Positions 1 to 12,400 of a DNA stretch of 64,000 nt are shown here, piece by piece. Each line of letters begins with the position of its first letter. The stretch's first letter is position 1. The DNA lies in contig MU008161.1 in the NCBI GenBank assembly GCA_010909165.1, forward strand, positions 1,364,001 to 1,428,000, in the 5' to 3' direction. The notes under the pieces were generated by a model. That model saw only the letters and a program-made list of their open reading frames with translations, was not told the DNA's origin and searched no databases. Source of the DNA: Anthoceros angustus. Taxonomy: Eukaryota > Plantae > Anthocerotophyta. The translations under genes were made by a program, and so were the position numbers.

Positions 1-650
1 AACTTGGCGCAGACCTCGAAGGCGTGCGCTCCCCCGGGGATGTCCTCCAGCTGCAGCACGCACTTGCCCTCCCCGTGCCGGGACACCAGGTCCGCCAATT
101 TGGCCGACCTCGCCAGCAAGGGGAACTTGTGGAGATGGAAGCTCACGTCCTCCACCTCGATCACCACGTCCGAGGGCAGCCCCGTGGTGTAGAACCAATC
201 CTGCCCCCGGCGGTGGAAGCCGTGCGCCGGCTGCTGCTGCTGCTGTGCGGAGGAAGACGAAGCTCCTGCTCCTGCTCCGGCTCCTCCTGACCCTGCTCCT
301 ACTCCTGTTGCTGCTCCCTTGCCTGCCCCAGAGCCAGAAGCGGCAGCAGGAGCGGGCACGGCGGAGGCCGCGGCGGCGGCGGCAGCCATGGCGGCCATGC
401 CTCTCCTGCTCCTGCTGCTGCTGCTGCTGGCGGCTCTGGAGCGTCGCCTCCTGCCGCTGCCGGTACCGGTGCCGCGCCTGCTCCCGGACCCGCCAGCCCC
501 TGCCCCTGCCGCTGCCGCTGCCGCTGCCGCTGCAGACGCGTCCGCCTCGTCCGCCTCCAGGTCCGCTTCCGCGTCTCCTGCGCCGGTGCCGGCATCAAGC
601 GGGGGCCGGGGCGGGCTCGGGCTGGAGCTCTCCTTCACCTCCGGCTCCAT
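1..650 (-). CDS. NPH3/RPT2-like (NRL) BTB/POZ-domain protein, 5' part; continues off the left edge
   Basis: Minus-strand frame opens at ATG 650 (in-frame TAG immediately upstream). After an Ala/Gly/Ser-rich extension it reads GFHRRGQDWFYTTGLPSDVVIEVEDVSFHLHKFPLLARSAKL...LEDIPGGAHAFEVCAK, the typical NRL BTB N-terminus. Missing from the ORF track because it has no stop inside the window. Confidence 0.93.
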   Translation of the reverse strand, partial: MEPEVKESSSPSPPRPPLDAGTGAGDAEADLEADEADASAAAAAAAAAGAGAGGSGSRRGTGTGSGRRRRSRAASSSSSRSRRGMAAMAAAAAAASAVPAPAAASGSGAGKGAATGVGAGSGGAGAGAGASSSSAQQQQQPAHGFHRRGQDWFYTTGLPSDVVIEVEDVSFHLHKFPLLARSAKLADLVSRHGEGKCVLQLEDIPGGAHAFEVCAK

Positions 651-1692
651 CTACATGTACTGGAAGAAGGGGATGCAGCGATGGCGGCAAAGCTGTGGGC
701 CAATGGCGAGCCCGCACTCTGCCTGTCACACTCTGCCCTGGCCTGCCTCTGCCCTGGGCCTGCTCTGCTCTGCTGCTACCGAGCTCCGGCTCCGGCTCCG
801 GCTCGCGCTCCCATGGCAGCCTGCTCCGACAACCGGATCTTCCTGCGCGTGTGTGCCAGATCTGGGTGCCGCCCTCGCAAATCGGCTTCCCGCGCGCTCT
901 CGATCATCCGCGCACCAGCATCATCGCTCTACAAAACATCCCTCTTCCTGGTTGGTCTCCTTCCTCGCCTTCTTCCTCGCCCTCTCACATGCGGGTGCGG
1001 CTTCTTCCTAGTCTCTCGTAACCCGGCCCTGCTCCGCGCTATCTCCGCGCTTCAGCGCTCTGGATCGAGCGATCGAGCCTGCGCTGTGCTCCGCCACTGC
1101 CGCTGCCGTGCCCCCTCCAACCTGGAAGAAAGAGGCAGCCCAGCACAGCCCAGCCCAGACCCAGGGCCCTGCCCGGCCCTGCCGGCCCACCACGGTGATG
1201 CCACCTGACAACAGCCTGGCCTCGTCTCTTGCACTTGCCCTGCCCCTCAGCGCTCATCTACATATCATGTCATGTCGTCCATCTCACCACCGGCCTCAGC
1301 ACCCAGCACAGGACTCAAGAGCACAGAGGTCGGCACAGGTTCTTTCTCTGTGGCCAGAGGCGCACTGTGCGCCCCACTCGCTGCGCGTGCTCCCAGGCAC
1401 TCTGAGCAGCACTCGCCCTTTTTCTTTCCTTTCTTTCTCGTTGCTCGAGCATCGGCATCATCGTGCACCAAGGCTGCACACCGCACAGCATTCTTGCCTG
1501 AGCAGATTATTGCACCACGGCGGCCATGAATGCGTGGCCCGGTTGGTGGACATGCTGCTGAGCAGGACACAGTGGAAACGGATGCTATCATTCACTGCTT
1601 TGGGTGGGGTTTGCTTATCTGTCTATCTACTATGCTACTACCCCTTTGGGTGATGCCTGAACGACAGGAGGAGGAGGTGTGTGATGAATGCG

Positions 1693-3051
1693 TCATAGCC
1701 TGGAGGGTACGCCCCCGGCGATCACCAGCGTCTCCCCGCTCACATACGAGGCGTCGTCGGACGCCAGGAACGCCACCGCAGCCGCCATGTTTTCGGGGGT
1801 TCCCAGCCTCTTCAGGAGAGTCTGCTCCTCCAGCCTATTCCTCTGCATGCATTACAATTCGAGGTGAGGTGAGGTGAGCTGTGGGAAAGCCGTACCCAAG
1901 ACTGACGTAGGAAAAAAGCTTTTCTGTCAGTCCAGCTTTGGAGGAGGAAAGTGGCATGACAGCACATCGTCGGGTAACGAGCTCACCATTTCCGGGGTGG
2001 TGGTGAAGTACTCCGCGAAATGGGTGGGAACGAAGCCCGGTGCCACACAGTTCACCCTCACCTTGGGTGCCAATTCTACAGCTAGGTACTGCAAACGCAA
2101 GGAGAGGGAACAGCAAGGGGTTGGGTGTCAGGAGTAACAGCTTCCTTTGATGCCATAAAACAAAGAATGGATGTGCTTGAGGCTCAGCAAGATCGGCCGG
2201 GATCTCAGCGATGGCATAAGGAGTGCATGCAGTGAACTTCCGTACCTTGGTCAGTCCCAACAGTGCTGTCTTGGTCACTCCGTACATGGCCATCTCCCTG
2301 ACTTGCGCGTTAGCGTAGGCTGCTATGGAGGAGATGAAGATGACCGAAGACCCCTCTCCCAGATGCGGAATCACCTCCTGATAACCCACAAGCACACCCG
2401 TACAAGCTCAAGACCGGTCTCCTGGCTTTGGCAATGGAACAGCAAGCCTAGCCCACAAGCAACCCATACCTGAACCAACAGGACAGCGGATTTCACGTTC
2501 ACGTCCCACAGCTTGTCCATTGCACTCTCGGTGATTTTGAAAATGGGATCCATCGTTGGATTCACAGCTGCATTCGACACCAGGATGTCGATTCGTCCAT
2601 ATTTCTGTCCTCCCATTGCAACACAGATTCCAACTTTTTTCAGTCCTACCCGCATATCTAAGACCATGCATATTGGCACTTTGGAGGGGAAACCGTGCGC
2701 ACATCGACTGTCTGCTGGATCATCCTCTTGCGCTGATCGGCAACGGAGACATGGCAGGCCACCCCGTGCACGTTGATTCCAAGCGCCCTCAGCTTCTCCA
2801 CCGCTTCATCCACGTTTTTCTGCGATTCCGTCGCACAGCCAACCGTAAGGAAGCATCCAAAAAGCCACAGCCACAGCCACAGCCCCAGCACAGACAGACA
2901 GACAGACAGACGGGAGAACCTGCTTGCGAGAGGAGATGACCACGGCAGCTCCCTCCTCCCCCAGCCGCTGGGCGATGGAGAAACCGATGCCCTGCGTGGA
3001 AGCTGTCACCACCGCCACCTTCCCATCCAATCTGCGAGGAGTAGGAGCCAT
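1693..3051 (-). CDS. SDRa: Peroxisomal short-chain dehydrogenase/reductase (IBR1/SDRa, DHRS4-like), 6 exons
   Basis: Spliced exons give [23 protein letters not shown] (cofactor motif), [14 protein letters not shown], the YGVTK catalytic Yxxx[13 protein letters not shown] and ...[18 protein letters not shown]. The C-terminal SRL is a PTS1. Stop TGA at 1693-1695. Confidence 0.93.
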
Positions 3052-3480
3052 CCTGCGAGCCACCTGCCTTCACAATTCCCACCGTCCAAATTCGCTTCTC
3101 CTCCGCCTGTTGCAAACGATCCGCAGAAGCCGCACGCACCACTGGGCTACGGTGGAGGAGACCAGCATCAAACCTGATTTTGCTGCGTTCAACGAGGAAA
3201 GTGCCTGGAATTAAGCCCCTGATCAGTGGGTAAACACGATTTACCTTGCAGGCCCCTTTCTTACCGTTGTTTCTGTCATGGCTGGGAACCTGGACGAGCC
3301 TGTGTGTGCGTTTGCGAGACGTGCATTTAGTATTTGTTCCTCGGCAGGAAAAGCAGCCCGCTCCTCTTGCAAGACAGCCAGCCAGCCAGCCAGCCTGGGT
3401 GCGACTGCAAATGCGGGGGTGACTACATATAAAATTTCGCCTTCCATGGAGCAGCTGAATTCTTAGGTGTGGATGCCAGC
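3052..3480. promoter_or_regulatory. Short divergent (probably bidirectional) promoter between SDRa and DUS3
   Basis: The two start codons are head-to-head, 429 bp apart. A TATA-like CATATAAAAT lies at ~3426-3435. Confidence 0.5.
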
Positions 3481-6400
3481 ATGGAGCCGCTGCCTCCCGA
3501 CACGCCGCCGATAGAGCACCATGGCCGAGCGGAGGTTGTACAGGAAGGGGATGGGGATGCTGAAGCAGACGCAGACGCAGACGGAGACGACATTATGATT
3601 GAGGACGGCGATGAAGCCGGCCAGGAGCTCCCGCCCGCTCAAGCGGCACTTGAAGCGGGGGAGGCTGCCGTGGAAGCGCGCACGCCGGATGGGAGCGACC
3701 AGCCTGCCGATGCAGGGCGGGAGGACTATCCGTCTGTGGAGGAGCTGGTGGCCAAGGCCCGGGCGCCTGTGAAGCGTGAGTTTTTGCGGACTGGCAAGAG
3801 GCGGGCCTTGGTGGAGAGTAGCGTGGAGCCGTGGGATGATGGCAGAAGCAGTCTTCCCCGACCTGACAACGGTCTTGTACAGCAGAGCGGGGATGCTGCT
3901 GCATCCAAGGTTTCCCTGGAGAGGAAGTCCAAGCGGGCCATGAAGAAAGAACGGCTGATTGTGAGATTGGCTGCTCGACCTAGAATTCGGCTTGCTTTCC
4001 ACCACTTTGTTTTGGTCTTGTTGATGGTGCGTTTGGTGGTTGGGAAGCTTAGAAGGGACTTGGCTTTTGGTGCAGGCGAAAGCATCACCTGAAGGCCTCT
4101 GTGCAGCTGTGGCAAGGACTGGGGATGTCAATTCCTGCCAGTATGCCTCTAAATGCAGGTTCAACCACGACCTGGAAAAATTCCTGGCACAGGTATTTTT
4201 CTTGCATGTGTAGCCTCAATTGGTCTGCGGACCAGAAAGCGCCCTGAACAAGCCATCCTCATTTGATGCAGAAACCACCTGATTTGGAAGGCCCTTGCCC
4301 CTTCTCTAGTGCCGAGAATGAGTGTCCTTACGGACTAGGATGCAGGTTTGCCGGCACACATGTTCGGTTGGTTGGGCAGGATGCTGCTGCTAACCTTGGG
4401 GAGACGAAACGGGATGGGCCAGTTGGGGGTGTTGAACTAAATGCTTTGGATAAAGATTTTCAGAAGAGGCTTTGGAAGAACCAAGTGGATTTTGTGAAGG
4501 CTGATGCTAAGCTGGCAGCCATGGGGCTTCTGGTACAGACTCTGGCCCTGCGTTTTGTTTTGGATGGCATTGGTGTACGTTGTGCGATTTATCGCGATTG
4601 CATCCAATCTAATTGACGACTTGGATGCTGACAGGGTAAAGCTAGGCAAAATCCTAACAAGAAGAAAACTCAGGAACATGCCAGCGAAAAGCTAGGTGGT
4701 ACCTTAAAGGACAGGGTCAGTGATGTGGAAGATGTGGAAGATGTGGAAATGACAGCGACTGTAGACACCACGGTTACAGATGGGCTAGATGTAGAGATGA
4801 CAGCCGCTGCAGATAGCAATGCTGGCTGTTTTGATGCAACCAGCCTGAGCGGGAATGGTTGCCATGATAGGAAGCGAAACTCTGACCTTTCCATTGAGGT
4901 CCAAGCTGCGGAAGAACATTGTCAGAAAAGGGTGAAAGGCATGGAGGGTCATGTTACTGGTGGAGTACGTGATGCATCAGAGAACCAGGGCATCACTGCG
5001 GATCACAGTATAGAGGAACTACCTGTACCTGAATCTGTTAATGCAGTTAGCGAGCTTGTGGACGAAGATTGTGGCCTAGTCAAGGATGACAAGGAGTTAA
5101 GACTACATGCACGGGAGAAGAAGTTGATAGATTTTAGAGGAAAACTATATGTTGCTCCTCTTACAACAGTTGGAAATCTTCCATTCCGACGGTTGTGTAA
5201 ACAACTTGGAGCTGACATCACGTGTGGCGAGATGGCTATGTGTACGAAGCTTCTACAGGTGAAGAGAGTTCAACTACCCCTAAATTACTCATGTGATTTC
5301 CAGTTTAGAGATTAAATTTTCGAGTCGTTTTCGCCAGGGACACGCATCTGAATGGGCATTGCTTCGGCGCCATCCGTCCGAGGATATTTTTGGTGTACAA
5401 ATCTGTGGCTCCTACCCAGACACCCTGTCAAGAACTGCCGAAGTTATTGAGCAAGCTTGCACTGTTGATTTTGTGGACATCAACCTTGGATGTCCAATTG
5501 ACATCGTGGTGAACAAGGGGGCAGGATCGTGCTTGCTCACTAAACCAGTCAGGTTGGCCCAAATTGTGACGGCTACTGCAGCTGCAATGGACAACCCTTT
5601 GACTGTGAAGGTATAAGAAGAAAAGATGCTTTGCTTCAAAATTGGGTGGAGACATTAAGTGCGTCTTGTGCCTGACACTGTGTCAACCAGTGCTGAAATT
5701 AAGCCAGTTTTGCAGGTTCGAATGGGCTACTATGAAGGAAAAAACTGTGCCCATTCTTACATTCGACAGCTGCATGATTGGGGAGCCATGGCTGTGACTG
5801 TCCATGGCAGAACACGGCAACAGCGCTACAGTAAGTTGGCTAACTGGGACTACATATACGAGTGTGCAAGCCAAGCACCAGATTCCTTACAAGTGATTGG
5901 CAATGGAGATATTTTTTCCTACACTGACTGGAATGAGCACATCCTAACTGCTGGAGCGAGTCTTTCCACCTGCATGTTGGCCAGAGGCGCACTTATTAAG
6001 GTATTGCTGTTTCATGGTACAAAGTAACAAAGGTTTTGCAAATCACTGGGAATCCATTGCGTTAGACTCACTTCATTCTTTTGTCAGCCATGGTTGCTGA
6101 CTGAGATCAAGGAGCAACGTCATTGGGATATCAGTTCAACAGAGAGGTTGGAGCTCTTGAAGGACTATGTCCGATATGGTCTGGAGCACTGGGGATCCGA
6201 TTTGAAAGGTGTGCTTCTCCCCTTGTTTAGAGTTCTTGATGTGATTCGTTGCTTGTTGCTACCCAGGTCGATGGGCGTTAACCTTGCTGTTGTGCTTTCT
6301 GAAGGTGTGGAAACAACCAGACACTTTCTCCTGGAATGGCTGAGCTACACGCACCGATATATACCTGTGGACCTGCTCGAAGTCATCCCTCAGAGGCTGA

Positions 6401-6674
6401 ACTGGAGGCCCCCTTGTTATGAAGGAAGAAATGAGCTGGAAACACTAATGGCTTCGGAAAGTGCTGTGGACTGGGTAAGCTAAAATGTGTATTGTCCAGT
6501 GTTGAATATATGGATGAATCTTGTTGTTGAACGGGATAGTATAAACTAATATAGCTTGACGTCGTGTGGGCGCAGGTTCGCATCAGCGAGATGCTTCTGG
6601 GTCCTGCTCCGAAGGGCTTCAAGTTCACACCAAAGCACAAATCCAACGCATATGACAAAGCCGACAACGGATAG
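3481..6674 (+). CDS. DUS3: tRNA-dihydrouridine(47) synthase DUS3-like, multi-exon
   Basis: Exon 1 is 3481-3960. CCCH fingers ([12 protein letters not shown]; [13 protein letters not shown]) are followed by the DUS core: [79 protein letters not shown]-type C-terminus. Stop TAG at 6672-6674. Confidence 0.96.
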
Positions 6675-7596
6675 ACACATTGCCTCGAGTTGAATGGACG
6701 GTACTTGAAGGCTTGAAAACAGACGGTTCAATTTTGTAGACAAAAATAGTGGCAACTCCGCAGCGTGTTGTTGAGGCCACGTCGATGAAAGTGGGGGAAT
6801 GAGGAGAAAAAAGAAAAAACTGTTTGAACGGAAGTGTCTACATTCGATGACGGCCAAGTCACGAGGTGGTAGGCACGAGAAAAGTGCTGTAGGCACAGAA
6901 CCCGGACATTCCTTCAGTTGCAAAGCGCATGGCTAGTCCTACAGCTAGCTTGAGCACATTACCTCATGCTGAGCAGGTAACCCCGGGGCAGAAAAGACAA
7001 AGGAAGGTATAACAGGAAGAGGCAGCAGACGGGACACATGGGAAGCCAAACTCTGCCAGCGAGACAACCAGCAGACAAACTACGTGCGTCATGCAATCTG
7101 CAAGGTCCTGCGAAAGATGGATCCACACACTCAGAATCCAGATTGAGCACGCCACACGTAAAAGGACAAGTGCATCATACATACACTGCCTGCAGACAGA
7201 GGGGGGGCGGGGCATACATGGTCAACAAAGGCATATGAGTGATGACAGTGTGATCGTCAACCCTCTACAGTTCATTCTTCGTTTGCTCGGTTGGTCCATC
7301 CAGCAACTTTCAGCTCAATTTTCACAAGCTGATAAGCAGGTGAACTTGTACACAAAAACGTCTAATCAATGGGGAAAAGCCCAAAGAGTCCAGAGCAAAC
7401 TGCAGCAAAGCTAGCAGCCAAATTCATAGGTCGGGCTACAACAGCCTGATTAAAAAACAAGCGTCTTAATAACCAAATCTGCACTAGCTCAAACAATTCA
7501 CTCAGAAGAGCGGGAAGGGAAGGTGGGTTGGTGGGGGGCGGGACGGGACGGGACGGGACGGGACGGGGCTAAGTCGGAGAGTAGTTAGCTAGCTAG

Positions 7597-8577
7597 CTAG
7601 TGTGCTGCTAACGTCTCAGAACCTGCCAGTGATTCCTTCCTATGCGCTGCTAGACCGAGGAAAAAGTCCGTGAGCACAGTTTCGTAGGACGGCATCTTGG
7701 CATATCCCGGGAAGTAGTTGATGTCAATAATGTGGTAGTGGTTACCGACTTGAGTGTCTCTGATTACGTCAAAGTTGAAGAGCCGCAAGCCAAGAGCCTC
7801 CCTTAGCCCTTTGGCAATGTCCGATATAAACTTGGCAGGTGGCAACTCTGCCATGTTGGCATCAACCGAATCCCCCACCTCCCCCGAAGAGGCCATGTTA
7901 GAGACCTGCGAGAAAGAGAGGGGGCCCTCGCTCCTCTTCAACTCGTCCTCGTTGATGTCGGGCAGCGACTTCCTTCTCACGCATTTCACATACTCCCCAA
8001 CCACATAAACCTTGAAGATGACTCCACCGTGGTTGACAAACTCTTGCAGAACCACAGGAGGCTTCAATTTGGTCAAGCCATCAGCATTGAAAATGAGAGA
8101 CATGGCATGGGACTTGGCGCTGCCATCCGCCACCAGCGGCTTGGCGATGACCGGGAACTTGAGGTCCAGGGACTCCAACTCCTGCAACCCGTCCGCGCTG
8201 TCCACCACCTTCTGCTTGGGAATGCCGAACGTCTCATGCTCCTCGGACACGGGCAGATCTCCCTCCTGCAGCTCCGCTACGGCCTGCAGCATAGAGATCC
8301 GGTTGTGCAGCCTTTCTATGGCCTTGGGCGGATCCACGACGATGACGCCCGGGTGCTTTTTCTCGTAAGTGGTGAGTTGCTTGAGCCAGTCCTCGTCCGA
8401 CACCTTGTGCAGGATGGCGTCGAAGGGGCCCTGCTCAATGAGCGGCCTGCCGAGATCGATGGACACTAGGATGATGTTCTTGCTCTTGCACAGCGCCAGA
8501 AGCGACGCCTGCACGAAGCTCCGCTGCTTCTTCTGCGCCAGCGCGTACCCGATTACGAAGCGGGCCGGCTGAGACAT
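7597..8577 (-). CDS. ITPK: Inositol-tetrakisphosphate 1-kinase / Ins(1,3,4)P3 5/6-kinase, intronless
   Basis: Contiguous ORF with [66 protein letters not shown] and [13 protein letters not shown]. An alternative in-frame ATG lies at 8616. Confidence 0.97.
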   Translation of the reverse strand: MSQPARFVIGYALAQKKQRSFVQASLLALCKSKNIILVSIDLGRPLIEQGPFDAILHKVSDEDWLKQLTTYEKKHPGVIVVDPPKAIERLHNRISMLQAVAELQEGDLPVSEEHETFGIPKQKVVDSADGLQELESLDLKFPVIAKPLVADGSAKSHAMSLIFNADGLTKLKPPVVLQEFVNHGGVIFKVYVVGEYVKCVRRKSLPDINEDELKRSEGPLSFSQVSNMASSGEVGDSVDANMAELPPAKFISDIAKGLREALGLRLFNFDVIRDTQVGNHYHIIDINYFPGYAKMPSYETVLTDFFLGLAAHRKESLAGSETLAAH

Positions 8578-9419
8578 GGCTGCCCCCGAAACCCTATGAG
8601 CAGCAACATGCAGCATGAAATGGCGGAGGTCACTCTCTCATGCTCCCTGCACCACAAGCACACCATTCATCACGCTTAGCCCGGAATTGCAACCATCCAG
8701 CACCTAGCAGCCAGCCAGCTAGCACACCAAAAGCCAGGCGTTGCGTTGCGTAGCACATCAGTACGTACCGGAGCAGTAGCAGCAGCAGAGTCCAGGAAGG
8801 CGAGGAGGCCGCCGCCGTGCAATTGAAAGCACTGTCCCCGGGAGGGCTGCCACATGGCACCGGTGCGGGTCCCCAGAACAGCCCAGCCCAGCACAGCACA
8901 CCGTACCACACCACACCGACGCAGAGGACGCAGAAGGGAGATGCAGATGAAGATGGCGCCTTGCCCTTCTCCCCGCCGTCGACGCCTCGGCCTGCTGCTG
9001 GCGTACCAGAAGAAAAGAAGAAGCAGAGGATGAGAAAAGACGAGGGATAATGCACCCCGGTGAGATGAGCGCCCTAATAGGCGGGGAGGGGAGTCAGCCA
9101 GGCACAGGAGCAGCCAGACCACCAGCAGACCAAGCACCGGACACGGGAGTGAGAGAAGAGAGGAGAGAAAAGGGGCCAGGCGGAGCGAACCCGGAACCCG
9201 CCACCGCGGAATTTCCGAGCCTCACCCCGCGCCCTTATACGTATCTTTACAGGGCCAACCCGCCTATACTCTTGCTCCAAACACAGCCTATACATGGCTG
9301 CCGCGAAACCCCCTTCCCCCCTCTCTCTCTCTGATCACACACTTGCCACCCAAATCTCAACCCCTTCCCTCCCCCCCTCTCTCTCTCTCTTCTTACACAC
9401 TTGCCACACTAATCTCAAA

Positions 9420-12400
9420 ATGACCTCATTCCATTGGATTTCCGGAATTACATGCCAGATGAGCCTTTTTGTCTCGACAGGACGGTCTTCGACAGCCACT
9501 GCCCACGGCTTTCTTCAGGTGGTTTGTCTAGGACAGTTTGATCACCTTCGGGATTACTTTGCTCCCGAGGATCCTTTTAACGGTGTCTCGATGCTCTTCA
9601 TTCTAGCGGCGGTGTTGGCCAGGGATAAAGACTCCTCACTGGATCTCTTGGGTGTAGGGGGCCAACAAGTTACTTTTTATGGAGAAGTCCACGCCTCGGG
9701 TATGCCCTATCACCGTTGAGGAGGCATTCTTACGCTCCATAGGTCGCAACATTGCAATCCAACTTCGGTAGCAGTTCTAGGCGCATCTTTGTCCCCACTA
9801 ATTTGGGATAATCACTTCGGGGGGTTGTGAGTCGGCCGCGTTTGGTATCGCGGCAGTTCTGGAGACACATCAAGATTGGGTCGCCCTGCTGGTGGACATC
9901 GAGAGCGCTTTCTACACGGTCTATAGGACGCTAATTTTTACAGAGCTCAAGGATGCAGGCGGGCATATGGCAAGTCTTATTCCTTTCATCCACTCTTTCT
10001 ATGGTTCCTCGTCTACCCTCTACTTTTCAGCACGGACCATCTCTATTAGGGGACCCTCAAGTGGTATTTGATATCCTTTCATCATGCTTCGCGCGTCAGC
10101 CGGGTTACATCACCAGGACAGTGGCTCCCTCCCCGGCTTTTATATTAAGCCTGCGGAATTTCGATCCACAAATTATGCAGGCACTTGGAGACATTATCAG
10201 TGGGACCTTGAGTGTCAGGGGGCCTTGCTCAGCAAGCGTCCCTTCCTATCCCTTTTGGGGCATAGGTTCATCGCCATGGAGGCCTTGGCACCGGCCTTCC
10301 TTGGTAGCCGGGCCCTTTCTACCCCGTCTTCACCGCTCGTTTGTTAATCCATGATGTTCCCATCTTCAAGGCCTTGCCCCTGCTGAGGAGGGGCCTTCCC
10401 TTGCGGGGTTTCTGTTGGCCGAGGACTCCCTTTCCTCCGAGGCTAGGCGGCCATGCCTCCTTTCTTCGTGCAGGCCACGTGGCCTTGCCTTTCTCCGAGA
10501 AGTAATGCAGGCGGCGCAACGGCAATCCTTCCGGACTCGCTATTTCGCGCTTGTTTGTGCCTGCATCCGCCTTCCTTGGGAGGAGGCTTCGCTTTGGCTC
10601 GCCTAAGGCCCAGCATTTCAATCGCACTAGCTTCTTTTCTCTGCGATGAGGTTCACGAGTTTGGTCCGACCTTTGGCCTTTCTCTCTCAACCTTGCTATG
10701 GGCCCCTCGACGACTCAGTTCCCACGGCTCGTTGTCCAATTGGAGGAGAACGACAGCACGCATGACGCTGCTCACGACATCATGTTCTCGATGGCCAAGG
10801 AGAGCGGTTACTATCCGTACAAGGAGCGTCCATATACCCAAAGAATGGGGTGTTGGTCGGGCGGATCTCTTCGATGCGGGGAGCAAATCTTTGTTGCGCA
10901 TGTCGTCGTAATGGACCACGCCTGTAACTCCATTTGAGAGCATGTCATTATCAACCCCTTCCTCCCCTCTCTCTCTCTCTTCTTACACACTTGCCACACT
11001 AATCTCAAAATGACCTCATTCCATTGGATTTCGGAATTACATGCGGATGAGCCTTTTGTCTCGACAGACGGTCTTGACTAACGCCCGGCTTTCTTGGTGG
11101 TTTGTCTAGGGCAGTTTGATCACCTTCGGATTACTTTGCTCGAGGATCCTTTTAACGGTGTCTCGATGCTCTTCATTCTAGCGGTGTTGGCTGTGGATAA
11201 AGACTCCTCACTGGATCTCTTGGGTGTAGGGGGCCAACAAGTTACTTTTTATGGAGAAGTCCACGCCTCGGGTATGCCCTATCACCGTTGAGGAGGCATT
11301 CTTACGCTCCATAGGTCGCAACATTGCAATCCAACTTCGGTAGCAGTTCTAGGCGCATCTTTGTCCCCACTAATTTGGGATAATCACTTCGGGGGGTTGT
11401 GAGTCGGCCGCGTTTGGTATCATGGCGATTGAGACACATCAAGATTGGGTCGCCTGGTGGACATCGAGCGCTTTCTACGGTCTATAGGACGCTAATTTTA
11501 CAGAGCTCAAGGATGCGAGGCGGGCATATGGCAAGTCTTATTCCTTTCATCCACTCTTTCTATGGTTCCTCGTCACCTCTACTTTTCAAAGACGGACCAT
11601 CTCTATTAGGGGACCCTCAAGTGGTATTTGATATCCTTTCATCATGGCAGCCGCGGGTTACATCACGGAGACGGTGGCTCCCTCCCGGCTTTTATATTAA
11701 ACTGCGAATTTCGATCCACAAATTATCACGAGCACTTGGAGACATTATCGGTGGGACCTTGAGTGTCTTTGCGGGGCCTTGCTCAGCAAGCGTCCCTTCC
11801 TATCCCTTTTGGGGGCATAGGTCTACTGGCCATGGAGGCCTTGGCACCGGCGGCCTTCCTTGGTAGCTGGGCCCTTTCTACCCCCGTCTTCACCGCTCGT
11901 TTGTTAATCCATGATGTTCCCATCTTCAAGGCCTTCGTCTCGGGCGTTGAGGAGGGGGCCTTCCCTTTGCAGGTTTCTGTTAAGTTGGCCAGGGACTCCC
12001 TTTCCTCCGAGGCTAGGGCGGCCATGCCTCCTTTTTCTTCGTTTTACATGCAGGCTCGTGGCCTTGCCTTTCTCCGAGAAGTAATGCAGGCGGCGCAGCA
12101 GGCAATCCTTCCGACTCGCTATTTCGCGCTTGTTTGTGCATCCGCTCTTCCTTGGGGAGGCGAGGCTTTGGCTCAGTCTTGCGTCCAGGCATTTCGAATC
12201 GCACTAGCTTCTTTTTCTACTGCGATGAGGTTCTGCCTGAGTTTGGTCCAGCCTTTGGCCTTTTCTCTCTCAACCTTCAGCTATGGGCCCCCCCTCGACG
12301 ACTCAGGTTCCCACCTGGCTCGTTGTCCAATTGGAGGAGAACGTATTGCTACGCATGACGCTGTTCGCGACATCATGTTCTCGATGGCCAAGGAGAGCGG

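Noticed and set aside
245-1021. Long + strand ORFs of 258 and 230 aa
   Set aside because: Antisense shadows of the GC-rich, low-complexity N-terminus of the minus-strand NPH3-like gene.
7548-7568. (GGGAC)n G-rich tract just past the ITPK stop
   Set aside because: Ordinary short microsatellite; the mRNA strand is C-rich, so an RNA G-quadruplex is not expected.
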